Source: Patescibacteria group bacterium
GTDB lineage: Bacteria > Patescibacteriota > Patescibacteriia > JAXHNJ01
Assembly: GCA_034520665.1 (NCBI GenBank)
Contig: JAXHNJ010000002.1
Coordinates: 62,230 to 126,229 of the forward strand
Direction of reading: 5' to 3'
Length of the DNA: 64,000 nucleotides
A program made the position numbers and the translations under genes. Positions within the stretch are counted from its first letter, which is position 1, and each line of letters opens with the position of its first letter. Below are positions 9,157 to 16,137 of this stretch, one piece after another. The notes below the pieces were generated by a model. That model saw only the letters and a program-made list of their open reading frames with translations, was not told the origin of the DNA and made no database searches.

Positions 9157-9849
9157 CTAGTGTATACTATAACTATTCCCTTCACCATTATACTTAATTA
9201 GCCCTTTTTTTAAGTACTTCCATAAGTTTATATTTTCATTTTTAAGGTTTTCTTCCATTTCTGAAATATCTAAAATAAAAGGCGTGGTAATCCCCTGATA
9301 TAATGTCGGCGGACCAATTTTTTTAAAAGGAAAACCAAGTTTAATTAATATGGGGTATAAATTATCATCCATAACGGCAAAAACGTGAGTAATATTCTTT
9401 TCTTTCACAAAAGTGTACATGCCTTTAATCAGGGCGAGAAGGAGAAAATGCTTCCGGTATTTTTTAGCGACAATCAGACGGGATATTTCAGCCAATTTGC
9501 TTCTGTTCTTTTGAAGGATATCAACTTCAATTTTCATGTTTTTCTCTATCGGAAATCCCATTTCTGAGTTTAAAATTAATCTGACCGTGGCGGCTAAATT
9601 TCTAGTTTGTTTTTCTCTTAGTATAAAATGAACTGATTTATCATCATAATTGTCTTTTTCTTTTTTCCCCGGATGTTTATCCTTGTCAATATAACTAAAT
9701 TCCTCGCAAAATACTTCGTAGCGAAGCTTAAAAATTTTTTCTAGTTCAGATTTAGAGTCAGTAGTGTAAAAAATAAACTTATCAGAAAAGCTTCTTTGGA
9801 ACTGCCAAAATTCATAAAATCTTCTTAACTTTTTTATTATTTTTATCAT
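9157..9849 (-). CDS. GNAT-fold N-acyltransferase, N-acyl amino acid synthase/LuxI-like (paralog C)
   Basis: 230 aa. Motif FKLRYEVFCEEFSY and EISRL. Confidence 0.5.
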   Translation of the reverse strand: MIKIIKKLRRFYEFWQFQRSFSDKFIFYTTDSKSELEKIFKLRYEVFCEEFSYIDKDKHPGKKEKDNYDDKSVHFILREKQTRNLAATVRLILNSEMGFPIEKNMKIEVDILQKNRSKLAEISRLIVAKKYRKHFLLLALIKGMYTFVKEKNITHVFAVMDDNLYPILIKLGFPFKKIGPPTLYQGITTPFILDISEMEENLKNENINLWKYLKKGLIKYNGEGNSYSIH

Positions 9850-9889
9850 TTTCTATAACTAGTGCTCACTTCCCTTCTTGTTTTCATTA

Positions 9890-10105
9890 TACCTAAAAAA
9901 TCAAAAAAGCTCTAATTTCTCTGGAAGCCAAAAAAGCCCTAATCTAAAAGGCTAAAGCCGGTTGATTTAAATTAATTCGTGAAAATAAATTAGTAGAAAA
10001 GTCCGGCACCTGCTGGTACAATCGGGTGTTTTCTAAAGCTACCGCCGCTTGATTAGAAAGTGTAGAAAGTAGCTCAATATCTTCTTTGGTGTAGGCGTCT
10101 TTTTT
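9890..10105 (-). repeat. Conserved ~220 bp element, copy C, including a ~135 bp remnant of a 7TM-GAF gene 3' end with no gene body
   Basis: Near-identical to 2880..3100 (closer to copy A than to copy B). Homology stops abruptly at about 10104, some 70 nt before the tRNA-Trp 3' end. Confidence 0.65.
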
Positions 10106-10177
10106 AAGGTTTTGGACCTCTCTTTACGTGAAAGGAGGGGTGGAGACCTACCCCTAATACTAAATATACAGGATTTT

Positions 10178-10252
10178 TGGCAGGGGCACTAGGATTCGAA
10201 CCTAGAATAAGGGTTTTGGAGACCCTTGTGATAGCCATTTCACTATGCCCCC
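10178..10252 (-). tRNA. tRNA-Trp (anticodon CCA)
   Basis: Hand-folded. Acceptor GGGGGCA/TGCCCCT (one G-U). D-arm GTGA-AATGGCTA-TCAC. Anticodon stem AGGGT/ACCCT with loop CTCCAAA. T-arm CTAGG-TTCGAAT-CCTAG. Encoded CCA. 75 nt. Confidence 0.8.
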
Positions 10253-10523
10253 AATAAAAATCCCGCTTATTGTTTTTATAAACCTATTCTTTTTATTAAA
10301 CCTTGATATGAAGAAACTAAATCTCTTTAACTTTTTTTTCCTCTCTTTAGATGCTTCTCTATTATCATAGGCTTCGTAATACTTAAGCTCCAATGGTCGT
10401 CTGTTTTTTGTTGAATACACATCTCCTCTGTAGTAGTCCATCAATCTATTTTTTAAATTTTCAGTTCTGCCAATATATAATCGTTCATCTTTTTTTGCTT
10501 CTTAAAAAATACACATAATACAT
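10202..10523 (-). pseudogene. GIY-YIG nuclease (YhbQ-like) with a -1/+1 frameshift in an A7 run; 3' end overlaps tRNA-Trp
   Basis: N-terminal MYYVYFLRSKK in one frame (ATG 10523..10521). The rest, DERLYIGRTENLKNRLMDYYRGDVYSTKNRRPLELKYYEAYDNREASKERKKKLK, is in the adjacent frame. The shift sits at the homopolymer 10489..10495. No stop occurs before the ORF runs into the tRNA. Confidence 0.5.
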
Positions 10524-10566
10524 AATATTTCTTTCGCACCATCAAAATCTGTCGTTTATATTTAAA

Positions 10567-10722
10567 CTACTTCACTTCCTTATGTAAAGTATGTTTACGG
10601 CACTTTTTACAATGCTTTTTAATGTTGAGCTTCTCTTTTATTTTCTTTTTATTCTTTTTTGAGTAGTAATTTATATTATTACACTCAGTGCATTTAAGTT
10701 TAATCAGATTGTCTTGGGACAT
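10567..10722 (-). CDS. rpmG: 50S ribosomal protein L33
   Basis: 51 aa (below the ORF-track cutoff). [51 protein letters not shown] has the L33 CxxC...Y.T.KN...CxxC..HT pattern. Confidence 0.7.
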   Translation of the reverse strand: MSQDNLIKLKCTECNNINYYSKKNKKKIKEKLNIKKHCKKCRKHTLHKEVK

Positions 10723-10759
10723 AATTTTAAGTTAATTTAAGTTAGTTAGTTTAATTAAG

Positions 10760-11131
10760 TTAATTAAGGTTGTTCTGGCTTGATAAATAGTTAATATATT
10801 TATTCAATCCAATCAATAATCCTTCATAATCCTGATCAACTCTTGTAAATTTCTCTAAGTTCAAATATTTCAAGCCTTTAGCTACTCTTAAATGACTCCT
10901 TATTTCAAAAATTTCTCCTCTTGCTTGGTATAAAATTCTAATCTTATCCTTATAAAAATAACGTCCTTGACTTTCAGCAATATTAGCAATAACAGAATTA
11001 GAAGCTCTTTTCAATTGATTAATGAGGGCATATTTTTCAGTATCAGGAAAATTATTTGTTATTTGATAAATACAAAGAACTAATTTATATCCTTTCTGCC
11101 AAATATTTAATTTAAAGAACGCTTTTACCAT
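10760..11131 (-). CDS. Four-helix-bundle protein (23S rRNA intervening-sequence protein / Avd-like family)
   Basis: 123 aa. FKLNIWQKGYKLVLCIYQIT..FPDTEKYALINQLKRASNSVIANIAES.GRYFYKDKIRILYQARGEIFEI matches the conserved IVS-protein pattern (L.VWQKA..L...IY.....FP..E...L..Q..RAA.S...NIAEG..R....D). Confidence 0.6.
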   Translation of the reverse strand: MVKAFFKLNIWQKGYKLVLCIYQITNNFPDTEKYALINQLKRASNSVIANIAESQGRYFYKDKIRILYQARGEIFEIRSHLRVAKGLKYLNLEKFTRVDQDYEGLLIGLNKYINYLSSQNNLN

Positions 11132-11221
11132 AATTCATTTCTTTTCACGCCACCAAAATGTCTTTATTAATATATCGAAATTAACTAAATCAACTTAAGA
11201 AACCTTAACTAACTTAACTTA

Positions 11222-11347
11222 TGGAGCCGAGGAGAGGAATTGAACCCCCAACCTACTGTTTATCCCGAAGTTCTCGAAATTTTGCCATGGAGCCAGCGCC
11301 TCGGGCCCAGAACCGACGACCTACGGTTTACCCGCCTGCCGAACGCC
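11222..11347 (-). other. Two tandem tRNA 3'-end-like fragments (T-arm-like + acceptor 3' strand + TCCA), not foldable as complete tRNAs
   Basis: Each unit (66 and 60 nt) ends ...GGCTCCA like the neighbouring tRNA-Thr genes and contains a GGTTC-type T-loop-like segment. I could not find a matching 5' acceptor strand. Confidence 0.3.
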
Positions 11348-11423
11348 TGGAGCCGGAGGTGGGAGTCGAACCCACGACTTGCTGTTTACAAAACAGCTAC
11401 TCTGACCACTGAGTTACTCCGGC
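11348..11423 (-). tRNA. tRNA-Thr (anticodon TGT)
   Basis: Hand-folded. GCCGGAG/CTCCGGC acceptor. ACTC-AGTGGTCA-GAGT D-arm. GCTGT-TTTGTAA-ACAGC anticodon arm. GTGGG-TTCGACT-CCCAC T-arm. Encoded CCA. 76 nt. Confidence 0.8.
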
Positions 11424-11560
11424 GCCCGGCGACTGGCGGGCAGACAAAACAGTTGTGCCGATAGCCAGAGGCTATCGAACCTTCTCGATTCGCCAAGCGA
11501 ATCGGGACTCTAGCCAACTGAGCTACGCCGGCAAAAGACAGACTGTTTATCAGCTCAAAG
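11424..11560 (-). other. tRNA-like element with canonical 5' start (GCCGGCGTAGCTCAGTTGGCTAGAGT) but two inserted perfect 7-bp hairpins; no canonical cloverleaf
   Basis: It starts like an Ile/Ala-type tRNA. It is then followed by GATTCGC-ttg-GCGAATC and GATAGCC-tctg-GCTATC hairpins and no matching acceptor 3' strand. Confidence 0.3.
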
Positions 11561-11646
11561 TGGTGGGCCGAGTAGGATTCGAACCTACGAAGCCCGAAGG
11601 CGCCAGATTTACAGTCTGGTGCATTTGACCACTCTGCCACCGACCC
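11561..11646 (-). tRNA. tRNA-Tyr (anticodon GTA), type II with long variable arm
   Basis: Hand-folded. GGGTCGG/TCGGCCC acceptor (two G-U). CCAGA-CTGTAAA-TCTGG anticodon arm. Variable hairpin GCC-ttcg-GGC. GTAGG-TTCGAAT-CCTAC T-arm. ACCA end. 86 nt. Confidence 0.8.
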
Positions 11647-11663
11647 ATTACTTTGAGCTGATT

Positions 11664-11915
11664 TTATTTTAAGATACTATTTAGATATTTTCGGCCTTGG
11701 CCAGATTTTAAAAACTTTTCTCTCTTCATTGCCTCTGACCTAGTTTTAAAAATTTCATGATATATTAATTTCCAAGGTTTTCTTCCTTTAGTATACGGGC
11801 ATTTTCCTTGATTATGTTTTTTAATTCTATTATTCAAATTTACAGTTTGACCCGTTTGACCACTTCGGTATCCACCCACTATTGCTTGCCATCTTTTATT
11901 TTTTTTATAATGCAT
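11664..11915 (-). CDS. GIY-YIG nuclease (YhbQ-like)
   Basis: ORF 11664..11969; the likely start is the internal Met (MHYKKNKRWQAIVGGY...). GQTVNLNNRIKKHNQGKCPYTKGRKPWKLIYHEIFKTRSEAMKREKFLK is the conserved GIY-YIG C-terminal pattern. The extreme N-terminal 18 codons of the track ORF read through a duplicated tRNA-Tyr fragment. Confidence 0.55.
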   Translation of the reverse strand: MHYKKNKRWQAIVGGYRSGQTGQTVNLNNRIKKHNQGKCPYTKGRKPWKLIYHEIFKTRSEAMKREKFLKSGQGRKYLNSILK

Positions 11916-11947
11916 TTGCCTGCCCGCCAAAACGGAAGTGAAGGCGG

Positions 11948-11995
11948 GACCACTCTGCCACCGACCCATTACTTTGAGCCGATTTTATTTAAGTG
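11948..11995 (-). repeat. Duplicate of the tRNA-Tyr 5' end plus ~25 nt of its upstream flank
   Basis: ggaccactctgccaccgacccattactttgagc(c/t)gattttatttaag also occurs at 11620..11668. Together the two copies bracket the GIY-YIG gene. Confidence 0.7.
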
Positions 11996-12140
11996 CTAGC
12001 CCACGCGCAGACTTGTCACCCTACGGGTGATCCTCCAAAGGAGGAAACCGCTAATTCTTTGAAAAAGACACAAAATAAGTTCTACTCCTTACCCCCGACA
12101 TTCGTCGGGGCAAGCATGAAGTTGCTCTACCCGCTACCTC
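11990..12140 (-). pseudogene. Degenerate tRNA-Thr(GGT)-like copy with a 22-nt insertion in the anticodon loop, truncated D-arm and no T-arm
   Basis: GGGTAGAGCAACTTCATG[CTTGCCCCGACGAATGTCGGGG]GTAAGGAGTAG equals the intact neighbour (...GGTAGAGCAACTCCATGGTAAGGAGTAG) once the bracketed 22 nt are removed. The downstream sequence forms unrelated hairpins. Confidence 0.35.
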
Positions 12141-12216
12141 TGGAGCCCACCGTCGGATTTGAACCGACGACCTACTCCTTACCATGGAGTTGCTCTACCA
12201 ACTGAGCTAGGTGGGC
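12141..12216 (-). tRNA. tRNA-Thr (anticodon GGT)
   Basis: Hand-folded. GCCCACC/GGTGGGC acceptor. GCTC-AGTTGGTA-GAGC D-arm. ACTCC-ATGGTAA-GGAGT anticodon arm. GTCGG-TTCAAAT-CCGAC T-arm. Encoded CCA. 76 nt. Confidence 0.8.
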
Positions 12217-12480
12217 AAAAGAGGTAGTGGGGCCAACTGCTCGCCCCGAGCATTGACGAGGGGAGCTACGTGGGCCTAAGCTGAGGTTTAGGTGGGTCTA
12301 CCAACTGCCCGCTCGTCATAATTTGCGCTCAAGCGCTAGCGAACGAGAGTTACGTGGGCCTAGCCAAACAGCTGAGGGTTTACTGGATTTTTAATTACAG
12401 TTGCGATATTTATCCTCCGAATCCTGAAGGGCCAAGGAGGACCAACTGAGCTAAGACTGCTCGGGCGATGGCAGGCAAGA
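12217..12480 (-). other. Three further tRNA 5'-fragment-like units (GGCCCACGTAGCTC...AGTTGG / TAGCTCAGTTGG...) with stem-loop insertions in the D-loop; GC-rich
   Basis: Units at about 12217..12276, 12277..12360 and 12361..12480 begin like tRNA-Thr/Ile but carry inserted hairpins and lack anticodon and T arms. I found no RNase P (P4) or tmRNA signatures. Confidence 0.3.
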
Positions 12481-12507
12481 ACTACCTAGAATTATTTTTT
12501 TAAATAA

Positions 12508-13401
12508 CTACATATTATTAACTTCTTTTTCTAATTCGTCAAGTTTTTCATTTTCCGGATTAACCTGTTTTAATTTATCAAAAGTACGTACGGCCAAACT
12601 TTTATTCCTTGCTTCAATACTTAATTCCAATAAAGCACTGACATATTTAGGATTATTTGGTTCTAAGTTCAAAGCATCCTGATAAGATTTTATAGCTTTT
12701 TGTATATCATCACAGGCTGTATAAATTTTAGCTAGATTAGCGTGATAAGTAGCAATTTTACTGTTAATATTTATTGATTTAATAAGATCCTGTTTTGCTT
12801 CATCTAAATTACCCAATGAACTGGCAATAACCCCTAAATTTTCATAAGCCTTGTCATCCTGAGCATTAAGTTTAATCAAAAAGGAAAATATTTCCCTAGC
12901 GTGTTCATAATCTTTTTTAGCTAGATAAACTTCTCCTAATAAATGATAAGCGGAAATATTCTTTTGGTCAAGACTAATTATATTTATACAAATCTCTTCA
13001 GCTTCATTTAAATCTCCGGATTTTTTAAGCTCTTCGGCCGTTCTTAACTTATCTTCCATTTCTTTATTTATCTTTTTCTTTGCTTCAATAGTCTTTGGTT
13101 TTATTTTTTTCTTTTCCCGATATTTTTTTTCAAGCTCCAATAATTGGTAATACCATTTTTTTATTTTATTTTTAACTTCATCATAATAAGGATAAGTTTT
13201 TTGCTTAAATATAAACGCCATATTTACAATTTTTCTTTTTAAACGGCCTTCCAATATTTCTTTTTTAACCTGAGCTTCTTTTTCTTCCGGTATTTTTTTA
13301 GTATCAATCATGCTCAAAACCTGAATTTTTTTCAGAACTAAAAGTATTATCAGGACTAAAGAAAGAATGGCTATGATTAAGGCAATTATATTAAAAATCA
13401 T
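12508..13401 (-). CDS. Membrane-anchored tetratricopeptide-repeat (TPR) protein
   Basis: 297 aa. N-terminal TM helix, a charged coiled-coil segment, then TPR-like repeats (AY..LG..Y...DY..A...F, A..NLG......GN.DEA). Confidence 0.5.
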   Translation of the reverse strand: MIFNIIALIIAILSLVLIILLVLKKIQVLSMIDTKKIPEEKEAQVKKEILEGRLKRKIVNMAFIFKQKTYPYYDEVKNKIKKWYYQLLELEKKYREKKKIKPKTIEAKKKINKEMEDKLRTAEELKKSGDLNEAEEICINIISLDQKNISAYHLLGEVYLAKKDYEHAREIFSFLIKLNAQDDKAYENLGVIASSLGNLDEAKQDLIKSININSKIATYHANLAKIYTACDDIQKAIKSYQDALNLEPNNPKYVSALLELSIEARNKSLAVRTFDKLKQVNPENEKLDELEKEVNNM

Positions 13402-13420
13402 TTTATTATTATATATATTA

Positions 13421-14209
13421 TCAATCTTTATTTAATTTCATTTCTATGATTGTCCCGTCTTCCAGTCTAACTTTGTAAGTCTTCATAATAATATTCCAGG
13501 AAATGACTTTGCCTCTCCCCTGCTTAGTTTTTATCTTACTTTCAAGAGAAGGAAACTTTTTAGCCATTTCACGGTAATAATCCTCCTCATAAGCCAGGCA
13601 ACAAAATAATTTACCACAGACACCAGAAAGCCGATCACTGCCCCGATGGGCTATTTGCTGATCACGAGCTAAATCAGTAGAAATATTACCCAGTTTTTTA
13701 AGGTGAGTCATACAGCAAAGTTTTCGACCACAGGGACCAAAGCCGCCTTCCTGTTTGACTTCATCTCTGGTTCCTACTTGTTGTAGACGGATTGATTTTT
13801 GAAAATTTCTAGTTAAATCTTTTACTAAATCTCGGAAATCAACTCGGCCATCAGCAATAAAAGTGAAAGTTAAACGACCACCGTCAAAAGAGAAAAAAGA
13901 ATTAAGCAACTTCATAGGTAGATTGTGTTTGTCAACCATCTTCTTACAATATTCTACAGCTTCTTTTGCTTGGTTTTTATACTTTTTTATCTTTTCTAGA
14001 TCATCTGGCTGAGCCTTTCTAATAAAACTAACTTCTTTTTCTTTAACAATTTCTTCCGTTTTAAAGCTTTCCAAAACAGATGTATTTTCTATTCCTTGAT
14101 CAGTTTTAACAATAACAACATCTCCCTTTTTTAATTTAGCACCACCTGATTTTACGACAATTATATCACTCCAGGGATGTACTCTAATTTTTATGGCCGA
14201 AAATACCAT
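13421..14209 (-). CDS. PSP1 C-terminal domain protein (RicT/YaaT-like)
   Basis: 262 aa. Conserved FGPCGRKLCCM...GVCGKLFCCLAYEEDYY cysteine motifs of the PSP1/RicT family. Confidence 0.6.
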   Translation of the reverse strand: MVFSAIKIRVHPWSDIIVVKSGGAKLKKGDVVIVKTDQGIENTSVLESFKTEEIVKEKEVSFIRKAQPDDLEKIKKYKNQAKEAVEYCKKMVDKHNLPMKLLNSFFSFDGGRLTFTFIADGRVDFRDLVKDLTRNFQKSIRLQQVGTRDEVKQEGGFGPCGRKLCCMTHLKKLGNISTDLARDQQIAHRGSDRLSGVCGKLFCCLAYEEDYYREMAKKFPSLESKIKTKQGRGKVISWNIIMKTYKVRLEDGTIIEMKLNKD

Positions 14210-14213
14210 TTAT

Positions 14214-14801
14214 TTATAGACTATACTTAACAAAACGAGATACTTTGATATTCTCACCAAGTTTAGCTATTTTTTCAGTTATTAAATCTTCGATTTTTTT
14301 CTTATCTTCCTTAATATAACTCTGTTTTAACAGACAAACCTCTTCATAAAATTTATTTATTTTACCTTTTACAATTTTATCTATTATTTCCGCAGGTTTA
14401 TTTTCTTTTTCCAGCTGTTCTTTTATTATTTCTTTTTCCTTATCTAAAACTTCATCCGGTACATTTTCCGGTGATAAATACTGTGGATCCATAGCCACAA
14501 CCTGCATAGCCAGATTTTTGCCTAATTCTTTAAATTCTTTATTTTTAGCCACAAAGTCTGTTTCACAATTCAACTCTACTAAAGATGCTGATTTGTTATC
14601 ATTGTGTACATAACAAGCAATCATCCCCTGAGAAATTTCTCTGGTTTGTTTCTTAGCCGCAATTTCCTCTCCCTTTTTACGAAGCGCCTCAATAGCTTTT
14701 TTTGCATCACCCTTAGTTTCCTCCAGAGCTTTTTTTACATCAACAATACCAGCCCCTGTTTTTTCTCGGAGTTCTTTAATTAATTTATTATCTATTTTCA
14801 T
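14214..14801 (-). CDS. tsf: Elongation factor Ts
   Basis: 195 aa. N-terminal LIKELREKTGAGIVDVKKALEE UBA-like EF-Ts signature. Immediately downstream of rpsB. Confidence 0.85.
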   Translation of the reverse strand: MKIDNKLIKELREKTGAGIVDVKKALEETKGDAKKAIEALRKKGEEIAAKKQTREISQGMIACYVHNDNKSASLVELNCETDFVAKNKEFKELGKNLAMQVVAMDPQYLSPENVPDEVLDKEKEIIKEQLEKENKPAEIIDKIVKGKINKFYEEVCLLKQSYIKEDKKKIEDLITEKIAKLGENIKVSRFVKYSL

Positions 14802-14802
14802 A

Positions 14803-15543
14803 TTATTTTTCTCCTTTATTGTTTTTATCTTTATCTTCTTTTTCTTTTTTATTTTTATTAGTAGTACCAGATTGAGAAGCGTAGCTTTCAGTTAGTGCTT
14901 TAGTTATTAATTCTAAAGATTTTGTAGCGTCATCATTGGCTGGAATTACATTTTTAATTCCCTTGGGATTAGAGTTAACATCAACCATAGCTACGATAGG
15001 AATATTCTTCTTAACCGCTTCATTAATAACTGTTTTTTGATTTTTTACATCCACAATATAAACAGCGTCAGGCAATTTATCCATATCAGCAATACCGCCG
15101 ATAATTTGGTCTAACCTTTCGATTTCCTCATTTATTTCCAATCTTTCCTTTTTGGTATATTTTTCTAATTCTCCACTCTTTTTTTGATTTTTCAAATTTT
15201 TATACTTATTGATCATCTTTTTTATAACCCGGAAATTAGTAAAAGTACCACCCACCCAACGATCAGTGATATAAGGCATATTTATTTGTTGGGCGTATTT
15301 TTTTATAATTGGAGAAGCTTGTTTTTTGGTGCCAACAAAAAGGATATTGCCGTTTTTTTCGGCAATTTTCTTAAAAAAATCTTGCGCCTCTTTTAAGGCT
15401 TGTTTAGTCTTTTCCAGATCGATAACGCAAACCCCTTGTCTTTCTGAAAAAATAAAAGGCTTCATTTTTGGATAAACACTCGATGATCTGTGCCCAAAAT
15501 GAACCCCACTTTTAAGCATTTCCTCCAGGGAAATATCATTCAT
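14803..15543 (-). CDS. rpsB: 30S ribosomal protein S2
   Basis: 246 aa. MLKSGVHFGHRSS...KMKPFIF S2 signature. Classical rpsB-tsf pair. Confidence 0.9.
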   Translation of the reverse strand: MNDISLEEMLKSGVHFGHRSSSVYPKMKPFIFSERQGVCVIDLEKTKQALKEAQDFFKKIAEKNGNILFVGTKKQASPIIKKYAQQINMPYITDRWVGGTFTNFRVIKKMINKYKNLKNQKKSGELEKYTKKERLEINEEIERLDQIIGGIADMDKLPDAVYIVDVKNQKTVINEAVKKNIPIVAMVDVNSNPKGIKNVIPANDDATKSLELITKALTESYASQSGTTNKNKKEKEDKDKNNKGEK

Positions 15544-15792
15544 ATTAACTTTTCCTTTCCTTTTTTATCCTCTATTTTGGGATTTTTACGAGCTTTTTTT
15601 AGGCCCTTTTTAAAGGGCCAAGGTAATAAGCTTACTCCCAAAATATGTGTGATCTTATTAATTAATTATATATATTAGTGTTAAAATAATAACATATTTA
15701 TATCAGATAATCAAGCCCTATAACTAGTAAATAAATAATCCTTGCCAAAATTCAAATTATCTGTTATCATTGACATAATTAAAATATAATTT

Positions 15793-16074
15793 ATGAAAAA
15801 AGATACTCATCCTAAATATTATAAAAAGGCAAAAGTTGTCTGTGCTTGTGGCAATACTTTTACTACCGGTTCTACTAAAAAAGAAATTCAGGTAGAAATT
15901 TGCTCAGCCTGTCATCCTTTTTATACTGGCAAATCCAAGTTAATTGATACAGCTGGCCGGGTGGACCGTTTTAAGAAAATGATGGAAAAAACTAAGGTTA
16001 AGTCAAAAAGTTCTCAGCCAAAGAAAAAACAACGCCGAAAAAAGAAGAAAAAGAAAGCAAAAAAGGAAAGTTAA
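15793..16074 (+). CDS. rpmE: 50S ribosomal protein L31
   Basis: 93 aa. [10 protein letters not shown]...CACGN...[10 protein letters not shown] zinc-ribbon L31 pattern with a lysine-rich tail. Confidence 0.85.
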   Translation: MKKDTHPKYYKKAKVVCACGNTFTTGSTKKEIQVEICSACHPFYTGKSKLIDTAGRVDRFKKMMEKTKVKSKSSQPKKKQRRKKKKKKAKKES

Positions 16075-16137
16075 CAAAATTAAAATTTCAAAAAATTCCC
16101 TTATTGAAATAATGGGAATTTTTTTCATTTAATACTT

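Noticed and set aside
2880-10105. Three ~220 bp direct repeats as a CRISPR array or integron attC sites
   Set aside because: The repeats are 3-4 kb apart and embed a gene 3' end plus a promoter. No short regular spacers, no cas genes and no integrase are present. I treat them as paralogous junction elements instead.
11221-12205. Several 60-100 aa ORFs on both strands (e.g. MEPRRGIEPPT..., MAEWSNAPDCKSG..., MLAHAQTCHPTG...)
   Set aside because: They translate across tRNA genes and fragments (GIEPPT/GVEPTT/GFEPTT are T-arm read-throughs). No coding signal.
11990-12480. Possibility that the GC-rich block is RNase P RNA, tmRNA or SRP RNA
   Set aside because: I could not find the P4 helix motifs (AGGAAAGUCCGGGC / ACAGAACCCGGCUUA), a tmRNA tag ORF ending in ...AA-stop with a tRNA-Ala-like acceptor, or the SRP domain IV motif. 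The sequence is better explained as tRNA-Thr-like fragments. A covariance-model search should confirm.
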